This document shows, piece after piece, positions 51,301-62,300 of a DNA stretch of 64,000 nucleotides (the first letter of the stretch is position 1; each line of letters starts with the position of its first letter). This DNA is from Cyanophora paradoxa CCMP329 (Eukaryota > Plantae > Glaucophyta). The notes beneath the pieces are model-generated. The model was not told where the DNA came from, ran no database searches, and was given only the letters and a program-made list of their open reading frames with translations. Made by a program: the position numbers and the translations under genes. The DNA lies in NCBI GenBank assembly GCA_004431415.1, contig QPMI01000599.1, forward strand, positions 62,001 through 126,000, read 5' to 3'.

Positions 51301-54300
51301 CAGTGAACGATCGCCTCGGCGAACTGCGCTCCAAGACCCTCGCGTGCTTTCTTAGCTGGCACGAGGTCCGTCTCATTTTCCGTTAATTCGTGACCCGTAT
51401 ATACGTATTTTTCCTGCGAAAGTATACTTTCCCTTTAATTTTTCAGATCGTCTCTGCTGTTGAAGGGGACTCGAGCGCGTTGGCTTCCGTTCACAATAAG
51501 CTAGTTGGGCGTTCAGTGCGCCCTCCCGCCAATTTATTCCGACCTTCTGAACTGTTCCTGTTCATTTGATCGGCGATGCAGGCGAGCGACGCCAACGTTT
51601 TGGAGGAGTCTGGGGCGGAAGCGATCCTTGTGAAGGCTACGCAGGACCTCGCCGTGCCGAAGGCACCTCATGATCACGCGACCGTACGCGTCAGATAGAA
51701 GCCCATTGCAATGTGCTCTCGAGCTCGGATCTAATCTCACAAAGGTTGAATCTCTCGAGGGTAGCCCCGGACCGCGGCCGCGGGTGCCAGTTAACGTTGG
51801 CACCATTGCTCGCGTTGGCAAGCTTAAGCCGACGGCACCGGTGCAAGTGCGTCGTGCAAAGTGGATATCTCGAATTAATAATAATATTAATGTTATAATT
51901 GTAATCTCGGATGTTCTAGCTTGCAATTAACATTGCGTGCGGGGCTGATGCAACCGTTGTCGCAGGCCGGGCCTCGTCCAAATCGAACCGCGCCGAATTC
52001 GAACAGCGCGGACGTCGCGATCGCGATCGAGGTCGAGTCGGCCGCCGACGAGCTAGTCTGCCGGATCGCGCAAGCCCCAGGGACTGTGGAAGAGCTTCTC
52101 GTGCGCCATGCGCGCATGCCTTGTTTGCGATTCCGTCCATTGTTCACACCTTCGAATCTGCCCATGGCAGAGCGCAATACGTGCGTCAGTCCAGGTCACG
52201 GTGAAGAAATTGACAGGCGGCGGAGCCTTGAACGGGCTTCCTGACGAAGCGGAGCGTCGCAATTGCAAAGTGCTGCAGCGCTCTGCATACAAGTGCTTCG
52301 CCGTTTGGCACACGGTAGTGAAACTATGAATACGTATACCGTCATTAACGCTCGCAACGTGATCATAAATATTAATTCGAAGACTGTGCGTTTCTCGCGG
52401 CAGCGCGTCTCGGGAACGTCGCGGGGCGCTGAGGATGTCTACTTGCGCTTGACAGGAGAGCAGGTACGCCTACATATACCGCACTGGTACCGCCACCTGT
52501 CTCTCTCCTAGGGCCTCATTCCCACAGCAGAAGAGTGCTACGCAACTGTGGAAAGACTCTGCGTCTTTCAAACTCCTGGAGAGGGCCGCGCTGTGTACGG
52601 ATATATATATGAAATCAAAGCCTCGAGCGACGGCTGCGCCGCGGCCGGCGAAGGAGAGGGCAAAGGCAGCGTCGTCAGCGTCAACATCGGTCCATGTTGC
52701 CGAAAACAGCAGCCTCCTGGGAGCTCCTCCTGATCTCCAGCCGCACGCACAGCCTCTGCCTAGGCCTGCAGCTTCATGCGGACAGCAGGACGCTCAATCG
52801 CAACCGCCCAGCGCCTCCACTTGCAATCCATGGCCAGCCGCAGCCGATCGCGACGATCGCGAGAGGCCTGGGGCTCCAACCAATAACGGCACTCCGAGTT
52901 CCTGCAGCTGGACGCCGGCCGTCAACGTTGTGCCCTCAAGCATCAGTCCGGCCCTCATCGCTCCCAGCTGTTTCCCCCCACCCGCGGCCCCTTTACAACC
53001 CATGTCCATGTACAGCACCAATGGACCTCCAAGCCACGGGCCGTGGGCGCCGGTGCCGTTTGGCCTCATCCCGTCCCCGTTCGCCCACGCGTACGGCGCC
53101 GGCGGCCTCAATCCAGCCGCAGCATCCCATTTCCATCCACCCCAAAGGCCTCCTGCTTTTCATCCCTTCCAGCACGCGTATGGCCATCCTGGCCCCGCGT
53201 ACGTGCCGTGGGCGCCTGCCCCAGTGCCGTTCGGTCTCGTGCAGCCCCCGAACGTGCCTCTCCCTCTTCCACCGCCACCGCCGCCACCGCCGCCACCGCC
53301 GCCACCGCCGCCTCCACCGCCTCCATCCGCAATCGGCCCTCCGCTACCGCTTTTACAACCCTCCAGCTTCGTCCCTGCTCCTCCGGAGGCGCCAGCACCT
53401 CCCTGTACATACAACGCCATGGCCATGGCCAGCGATATCGAGGACGTCAACATGCATATGGAGGGCGAGGACCAGGAGGAGCCGAAGCTGTCGGAAGAGC
53501 TCGAGCCGCTCGAGGTTAGCCGACCTTACTGCGCCTAGATCTGATTCCATCCGCTTCGAATTCTCCAGATTCACATGATTAAAATATTTGATCGGATCTC
53601 GCAGTCCGCGCCGACATCGCGGCCCTCTCAAAACTGTGATGTAACTCGAAAAGTGGAACGCATGCACGTGCGCGTGGACGATAAAGAAGTTGAGTTGAGC
53701 GCGGAAGAGCTGGCTCGAACGATTCGCCGGACGCCGGCCACTGCGGACGAGCTTCAGGTGCGCTATACCACCGACCACACCGAATTCCTGGTTATCCCTC
53801 TCAGTTAATCAACCCCAAACAGACCGCATTACGCGCGTGTGCTCGTACCGCAGTCGAGCGTTTGAAGCACAGTGAGACTTTTATTTCAAGTGAAACTACG
53901 AAGAATCGCCGCAATGCTCTGCGATACTTCTTAGTTTCGTGTTTCGTGCGCTGGCACAGGGTAAGAATAACGACCAGCTCCCACGTTAAAAACTTTATAC
54001 GCACTTGCAATTGCAATTGATCGTAATGATCATGATCAGCTGGTCTCTGGCATGGGCACGCGTACGGGCACTGGCGAGGGCGTTCCTGTCATCCGCCCAG
54101 AGGCTAGTTATCTGAGCTTGACTGGCATCAAGGTCTGCGCTATTGTATTGTGATCGAGATTATTCTGCAGCATTGATTTACCACCGCCTTCGCAGAAAAA
54201 CACCACTCAGCTTCTGAAGGAAATGGGATGCTTGCAAATCTTGGACAAAGCCCTCGCGTTTCGGCGGCCGCCGCGTATGTTTGCGACGTCGACGCCTGTC

Positions 54301-56319
54301 GGCGGTCTAAATCTTGAGGTAGGACCGGCGTACGCGTCGCCCTTCCGACGCAGCGACGTCGACGAAAGCCCGTCGACCACAACAAGCTCATCAAGCCGAA
54401 TCGTAAATCCGTCCACGACTGTCGTCAAGCCCTCCCCTGCCCTCTCCAATGCAACAACCCGCCAAGCCCATGCTATTAATCATGACTCCATCGGTACGTA
54501 CACCGTACTGCATTTGAATTTGAAGCTCGCAATGCGCACAATTCGAATTCTAATGCTCTTGAACTCGCAGCCAAGTGCAGCGCTGGCGAACTGCCGTGTC
54601 TCCCCCACTCCGGTGGCGCGGCGATCGCGGCTTCTGCGGCGGCGGCGGTCGCTCCGCAGAGCTCGCGTGGGAGCGCGACGTCGGCGTCGACGTCGACCGC
54701 GACTGCGGCGTCCGGATCGCCCGGGTCCGATGCGCCGGCAGCGGGCGCCCGGGCCTGCGAGCCGCGACCGCCACCTCCGGTCTGCCGCCATCTCCAGTGG
54801 CGTCGCAAGAGCGGCGCAAGCTCGCGGTCTGACTCGGCATGTCCCCGGCAGACGGAGCTCGAGGCCGATACCGATGTCGAAACGGGCGCTGGCGTTCTGG
54901 CGCGCAAGATTTCGCGCGCGCCAGCCACCGTCGAGGAGCTCCAGGCGCGCCCATTTCGACGCACATTTAGTTCACGTCATCAAGCGCGCGCGCCGACGTC
55001 GACTGGCTAACGTCTCCTTCTGGGGCCGCGGCAGAGCGCGATCAAGGCGTCCATGCTGGTCACGGTCGACCAGATGCAGCGCGGGGGGGCCCTGGACGCC
55101 CTCCCCACTGAGACGGAGCGGCGCAAGGCGCTCTACCGCCACGCCTACGAGCTCTTCGCCATCTGGCACGAGGTGAATCATTTTACGCGCAGATTTAGAG
55201 CTTCAAGGCTTCAATAAAAAATTTCCAATCAGCAGCAAACGACATTCATCGATATCCTCTTTTAATTTATATTCACGGGAGAACGACAAAGAATCGAAAA
55301 CTAAACATTATATTCCCGTCCTCTCACGTCCTCGCGATCGCGTCTTTGAATTTGCGGCAGCGCGTCTCGGGAACGTACGCCCCGTGGGGCGCGGAGAGCG
55401 GGCCCGATGTCGTCCACCTCCGCTTGACGGGCGTTCAGGTACGTGTGCGGCACGAATAGAAGTTGATGAAGCATTGGGCGTTCATGTTGTTTCGGGGGAA
55501 ACATGGCACTGCGGCAGCATTCATACAAACCTCTGAATAAAATCACGACAGCTGAATAATTATAAATTATCACACACGCACAGATCGCAAGCTTATGAAT
55601 TACGTCAACGTCAACGTAGCGCCCTGACGCCCGCGACAGAAGAGCGCGTCGCTCCTGTGGAAGGAGTCGGGCTGCTTCCGCATGTTCGAGAAGACGTTCA
55701 AGCGCCGGCCTCAAGGGCCACGTGCCCCCCCGGCGGCCCAGCAGCTGGCGGAGCTGAGCTCAGGCGGCGCCGCCACAAACTCGAACTCGAGTCTCAAGCG
55801 CAAGCGCGGCGCCAACGACGTCGACGGGTGCGGTGGCTGAGGGGCAGGACCAAGCTTAAGGCGTCCGTTGACTTTCGAATCCCTCGCAGCGAAAATCGGC
55901 ACCGCAACGATCGCGATCGCGAGCAGCAGGAGCCTGCCGGTCGCGACGGCCCCCCATCTGCTTCCTCTCTTGCCTTCGGTGATCCTTCGACCAACTCGCG
56001 ATCGGCGCGCGATGATGAGCCATCGCGATCGGACGATCAGCCATCCCTCTGCACGCGCGGGGACGATCGCGACGCTGGGTCCGAGCTTGAAGAGTGCATG
56101 TGGCCCGAGCTCATCGCCCCCGCTCTGCCCTTCCCGCCCTCCCTGCGGCCCCCGGCGCCCGCGGCCGCCCAGCCGCAGGACGCCCCGGCGGCCCCGGCGG
56201 CCCCGACCGCGGCGCCGCTGGGACCGGGCCCCGCGCTGGGGGACCTCCTCCAGCTCCTCCAGGCCGTCCAGTCCTTCACCCGCCCCGGATCCGGCGCCGG
56301 CGCTGGCCACGCGCCCTAG
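48391..56319 (+). CDS. Large multi-exon protein of unknown function with 4-5 copies of a ~120-aa domain and Pro/Ser-rich linkers
   Basis: Exons ending F-x-x-W-H-x before GT donors at 49185, 51365, 52314, 53960 and 55172. Neighbouring exons are also homologous. Hand-splicing of the 3' half stays open to TAG 56317-56319; exons at 50.0-51.0 kb are less certain. Confidence 0.7.
53270..53325 (+). repeat. (CCA/CCG)n polyproline tract
   Basis: Long Pro run in ORF 52609..53538. Confidence 0.9.
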
Positions 56320-56475
56320 CCGCGCGCAGTCGCTCAGGCCGACGTCGACGTTTCAATTGCACGTTCACAGGCGGTTGCACATTAGGCGTTCGCAGTCGTA
56401 TAAACATTGTACAAAGAGCATCAATACAGAATTCGAACAGCCTACACACAGATTGCCTTCGCCTCGACAAGCGCG

Positions 56476-59087
56476 CTAGCCGGAAGCTGACGGGTCCGCG
56501 GGGAGGGCGCCGGGGTCGAAGGCGGCGTGGCTGAGGAATTTGTAGGGCCGGAAGAGGGGCGGGAAGAGCCCGTCCCGCACCTGCGCGCCCCCCGGCGTTG
56601 GCGGGGCGGGGGGGCACGAAGCTGCGCAGTGCGAACGCAGGGGGCACCGCGACGACGAGGGGGTTCCCTATCTGGATGAGCTGCCCGATCGCCCGGCTCT
56701 GCGGCGGGGGCGGGGCGGGGCGGGGTGCCCGGTGGGGGGTACGTCGAGAAGGGCGGGGGGTGCGGCTGCACCTTTGCCCCGACGACGGCCGCCCGAGGCC
56801 TCCGCCGCGCCTCCAGGCGATCGAACTTAGAGGGGCACTGCTGGGGGTGTGGGGAAGAGGGGAGGGAACGGGGGTACCTCGTACTCCGCGAGGGCCTCTT
56901 CTCCGCTGGTCGCGCCGGCGACGCACTGCACAGACGGTCAGCACGGGGTACACGTACAGCAACGGTCGGGAACGGGGGTACAGCACCTGAGCTAGCACGA
57001 CGGCGTCCTCGAGCCCCAGCGCGCCTCCCTGGCCTGCACCGTACCCCCGCCTCAGAGAACACGGAACGGCCACCGGTCGGAGTCGAACTCGAACGGGGCG
57101 GACCGAGCTCGGGGGTGATGGGGTGCGCGCAGTCGCCGACGAGCCCGACGGGCCCGTCGCGCCACCGGAGGGCCGGCGCCCGGTCGTACACGCTGCCCCG
57201 CCGCCGGCCGTCAGCGCCGGGCCGCGATCCAGACGGCGCCTGGCGGGCGGGGGCGGGGGGCGCACTCAACGGAGACGACGGAGGCGGGGTCCGTGCGGCG
57301 GATTGCCTCCGGGAGGGAGCACGGGAAGGACGCGTAATCCCGCCCCAGGTCCACCGCCCCCGCGCTCCCTGCCGCCCCCCGAGTCAGAGGTTCCGACACG
57401 AAGAGATGGCCCCGCTAGGCCAGCCGGCGAGGCGTTCAGGCGCGGACAGCCGCCGGCCTCGGCCTCGGGCCTCTCTCAGCTTCGAGGGGGCGCGCGGCGC
57501 ACCTTGGGGGGCGTTGGCGGTGACGAACCAGAAGACCTGCACGAACGCCCGCATCAGCGCGAAGGAGGACCGATCCGGTATGGTGCCACGAATTCGACAA
57601 GACCTTATTGTCGGAGAGGGGGGCCAGGCCGGCCTTGCGGCCCCGCCCCCAGACCTGCTTAACACCCTCGAAGGGCAGGCCTGGAGAGAGGGAAAGAGGG
57701 GAAGCGGCGTGAGAATCCGACGAGCGAACAGGGGCATCGACGAGCGATGCCGAACCCTCCGTGCCGAAGTCCGCGATGCCGAGGCGGACGGTGTACCCCG
57801 CGTAGCGAAGCGCGGGGTCGTCGGGGGCGGTACCCCCCGGGCCCGTTGCCGTCCATAGGGCGTTCAGGGCGGAATCCAGCGGGCCCTAGGGGGAAGGTTG
57901 ACGGGGCGGGGGAAGGGGAAGGGGGTACAGGACGCACGGCGGTGGAGGAGACGAGCTGTCTCCGTACAGCGGAGCGGGCACCGTCCGCCGCGAGCAAGAG
58001 GTCCTGCGAAAAATTCAGAGTCAGAAGTGGGGTACGCGCCCAAGAGCCGGGGAAGGGTACCGCCTCCGCCTCCGTACCGTCGTCGAAGCGGGCGACCGCC
58101 CGTCCCCCTGGGGCGATGCGTCATGGGGGTACGAGCGGGCCAGGAGGGGTACCGCGATCTCGCACCTCTGACGCTGTACCCCACGCAACGCCTTCCGAAT
58201 ACGATGTCCCCCTCCCCCGGCCCCCACTCTTCCATCAGGGCCTCCACGAGATCCCTGTACCCCCGCGCCAACGTGAGTGGGGAAGGCGGGACTAGGGGTA
58301 CAGGTCGGAATCGCCCACCCGCGCAGGACGTAGCGGAACTGAGCGTTGGGGGAAGGGGCGGAGGGGTACGCGGGTCAGAGGCGAGCAGCTCTCGAGTCTC
58401 GAGCGTGGGGTAGAAGGCGCGGCTCGCCTCGTGGGGGGCCCCGTACAGGCTGTCGAAGTCGAATCCGATGAGGCGCCGCCCGCTCTGCGAGTAGATCTCG
58501 ATGCTGTTCGACTGCGGGGTACGCGAGCGTAGTCAGCCGAGGACAAGTCGTCTCGGAGATGAGGGGGGCGGGGCGGCGCGCCCTCGTGTAGCGCGGGCGG
58601 AGCCGGTCCCCGACGCGCAGCTGGTCCAGCGCGCGGAAGGCGTTCGTCCTGCGCCGGTCAGCCGCCGCCCGCGTTCGTGCGCGCGGCCGCGCAGGCTTCC
58701 GCTCACCACATGCCTGCGCGCGCGCGCGCGCCGCGTCACTCGAGGATGCGTGTGCCGGCGGGAGAACGAGAGCAGGGTGGCACGCGCACCGATGGCGGTC
58801 CCGTTCGTGCTCACCCGCTCGCCCATCTCGTAGACGCGCGCCCTTACACCGACGCGCTTGAGCGCGACGGCGCACGCGAGGCCGGCGATGCCGGCGCCGA
58901 CTACGATCGCTTCCTTCGGGCGGCCGGCGGCGGCCGAGGAGGCGACGACCGGCGTCAACGCACGGCAAGCGCTTCCAGAGCGCGCTGCCCGCCGCCGCCG
59001 GGGCGCCGCGCGTAGCTTGCTGGTGCCATGAGGCGCGTGCGCGTGCACGGGGCCGCCGAGGAACCGCGTCCGCAGCTGGGGCGGCAT
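56476..59087 (-). CDS. FAD-dependent aromatic-ring monooxygenase (FAD_binding_3 type) with probable organelle-targeting N-terminus; start approximate
   Basis: AIVVGAGIAGLACAVALKRVG..VYE (GxGxxG), LLAADGARSAVRRQL (DG motif), VGLVGDCAHPITPEL|GQGGALGLEDAVVLA (GD motif). Confidence 0.9.
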
Positions 59088-59372
59088 ACAAGACCGTTCA
59101 GCACACAATCCCGCCTCTCTAGAGTCAACAACACGTGCACCGGAGCAGCCGGCGCCGAGAACGCCGAGCGCGCCCTGTCCGCCGCAGCGCGCGAGGAAAC
59201 CTGTGTAAGCGTGTGTCCGATAAGCTAGCTATAGGAATCAGACGGATAAACCGCGGCCCGGCCGCCAACGCACGGGGCTCGGCTGGCCGGCCATCAACGC
59301 GCTTTGCGTGTGCCCTCCTTGGGATCCGAACCACGGTCTCTGGGGTAGTCGGTCGCGCAAAACCGCCGCAGA

Positions 59373-62300
59373 ATGGCCGGGTGAGCAGCGCGCCGAGCTA
59401 GCGCCGCGGTGCTCATCGCTTGTACCGCCCCGCAGCGTCCGCACGACCCGGCTGCTCATCGGAGAGGGCTGGAACTCGTTTCACCTGGAGCCCTTCTCGA
59501 AGGAGCGACGCAAGACCCCGACTGCACAGCTTGCGCTCCGCTTTGACAAGCAGAAGCTTGACGTGGCCGCCGTCGGTCCGCAACTTGCCCTAGTGGTTCA
59601 TACGTTGCCCGGGGCTTCCAGCGCTCACGCGAACCCCCGCGCTGGTTTGTAGAATGGAAAGGCGACTATGAGCGCAGCAGGGACGTGTATGCCGTCCTCG
59701 GCATCATCAAGGTCCCGAACAGTGCGCTCCAGCCGGCCCCCGACGCGCAGGGACGCTTGGGCTCACACACGCATACCAGTGACGCCCTGGTTCCTCGTTG
59801 TGGTCGTGGATGCGCTCATAGCCGCCCGCGTGGACGGGCATCCCATCTGCAAGGTCCCCATCGCTCAGCTGCCCCTTGAGCGTGGCGCTGCGCTGGCAGC
59901 GGCCCCGCTCTTGCCAACCGCACGCGCCCGCAGATCCTCAAGACCGCCTTCATCCCGCTGCAGCGGCACTTTCTCGAGGACGAGGCGCGCGCGTCGCAGT
60001 CCGCCGGCGCCGGCGCAGCGCCGCCAGGCTGACCTGCGACCGCCGGGCGCGTGCGCAGAAAGAGCAGGACAAGATCAAGGAACTGAAGAACATGCGGAAG
60101 CTGCTGGACTCCGGCGCCTTCTACTTCGCCACCGAATTTGATCTCACGCACACCGCGGACCGGCGCACGGCGCTGGATGCGTCGAAGACGGCGTGGGCGC
60201 GGTCCGCAAAGGCGACGCTCCGCTTCGCTTTCCCTGAGGCCGCCGCGCAGTGCCGACAATCGCTTTGTGTGGAACCGCACTATCGCCCAGGTCCGCCCCC
60301 CTGCGCGTGCCGCGCCGACCTCCTCTCAAAAGCCCGGTACAGGATTTCGTTCGACTGGGCCTGCACGACGAATGGATGGTGCCAATGATCCAGGTCAGCA
60401 CAGCCAGGCGCCGCGCGATCCGTCCGCCAACTTGAGTACCCCTCTAACTTGAGTACCCCTCTCCCCTGCAGGGCTACGTCGGTCAGGAGGATTGCATGGT
60501 GAGGGGGGAGAATTTCGAGCTCACGGTGCCCCCCGACCCCCTTTCCGCGGCCCGCACCCCGCTCAGGCGTCCTGGGGACGGCAGCTCGTCTCCCGGCGCT
60601 CTTCGATGCGCGCGGGCACGCGGTACACGACACGCGGGGTCGACTCCCGCGGGGACGTCGCCAACTTCGTCGAGACCGAGATGCTCGTCCGCTGCCCGGG
60701 TACGCGCTGCTCGCCTCGCGCGCACCGGCCCCGGTACCCCGCTCAACGGGCGCCCCGCAGACAAGGGCATCAACGCGTCGTACGTGCAGACGCGCGGATC
60801 TGTACCCACCTTCTGGGGGCAGAAGGTGCACGCCCCGCCGTCGCCATCCCCCTCGAGCCAGCTCAGACCGGGGCCCGCAGATCAAGTCTTCGGCGTACAA
60901 GGAGTTCAAGCCGAAGCCGTACCTCCAGGCTTCGACGCCCGAGGAGCGCGAGGTGGGCGCACCCCCTCCCCGTACTCCCCCCCCCTTCCCCCCTCCCGCT
61001 CACTCCTTCGTCCGCCGCAGGCCGCTCACGTGGCGTTCCTGAAGCACTTCGAGGTGCAGAGGCGGTACTACGGCTTCCAGGTGCGCGAAGACGTCAGACC
61101 GCTCCGATGCCGTTTTCTGATATGCGCACCCCCCGCGGCAGGTGGCGGTGAGCCTGGTGGACCAGGACCAGGACTGCTCCGAGCGGGTCCTCCACGACGC
61201 CTACCAGGTCCGCGAGGGGGCGCTCTCTCCGAAGGCGCGTGCCTCCTCCGCAGAGGCTGACGCCCCGCCCCGCCCCGCAGAGCCACGTGAAGAGGGCCAA
61301 CCGCTCGCTCCCCGAGGGTCCGCCCCGCCGCGCCGCGCCGCGCCGCGCCCCTCCCCCCGCCTGAAGCGACCACCGAGCGCGGCCGCCCTCCGACCCGTCG
61401 CAGGGGAGAAGATCGAGATCTGCGCGTGGGACTTCCACGCCGAGTGCCCGGGCTCCAACTTCGACAACGTCAAGCAGGTCCCCGGCCCCCGCCCCCCGCC
61501 CCGCGCGCGCCGCGCCGGCTCGAGCCCGCTCGCAGCTGATGGAGCGGTACCTGCGGGAGAACATCGAGTCGGACAGCCGCGCCTCCCTCGGCTTCTTCCT
61601 CGCCGACGCCGCCGCCCGCCCCGTCCAGGTCCCCGCCCCGCCCCCGCACCCAGCCATCCCGCGCTTCACCTCGCTTGCGTGCGCCTCACCGCCCCGCCCT
61701 CCGCCCCGCGCAGCGGCAGCGGGGCGTCTTCCGCACGAACTGCGTCGACTGCCTCGACCGCACCAATGTCGTCCAGGCCCGCACCCGCCCCGCCCCACCC
61801 CTAGCCCCTGGCCTGGGGCGGTCGGATCGGCGAGGGCTCTAGGACTCGTCTAGGCGCCCCCTCCCTCCGCGATTTCGCCCTTGTCTTCTCCGCCCGACTC
61901 TCCTGGCAGACGATGATCGCCCACCGCGTCCTCCGCGAGATCCTGCGGTGCCCCCGCGCCCCCCTCCCGCGCCCCCTCTCGCCCCAGTCGCCCCCGAGCC
62001 TCCGCCAGGCTCGCCCGCGTGGAGCTGCCGGCGCTGGGCACCGCCAAGGACAAGGGCACCTTCGACGGGCAGGTGCGGCGCGAGGGGCGGGCGGGGCCGC
62101 GCGCGCAGCACCCGACCCCCGGGGGCGCCGCCAGTTCCGGCACCTGTGGGCGGACAACGGGGACGCGATCTCGAACGCGTACGCGGGGACGGGGGCGATG
62201 AAGAGCAGCTACAACCGCACCGGCCAGGCCGGCATGAAGTCCCTCCTCGACGACGGCTTCAAGTCCATGACACGGTCCGCCCCGCCCGCCCCGCCCGCCC

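Noticed and set aside
54223-56319. Separate gene starting near 54223
   Set aside because: The upstream exons at 53.6-54.2 kb splice in frame and complete a repeat module, so it is treated as part of the 48391-56319 gene.
60428-60462. 17-bp tandem duplication in a synaptojanin intron
   Set aside because: Real (AACTTGAGTACCCCTCT twice) but most simply a local slippage event.
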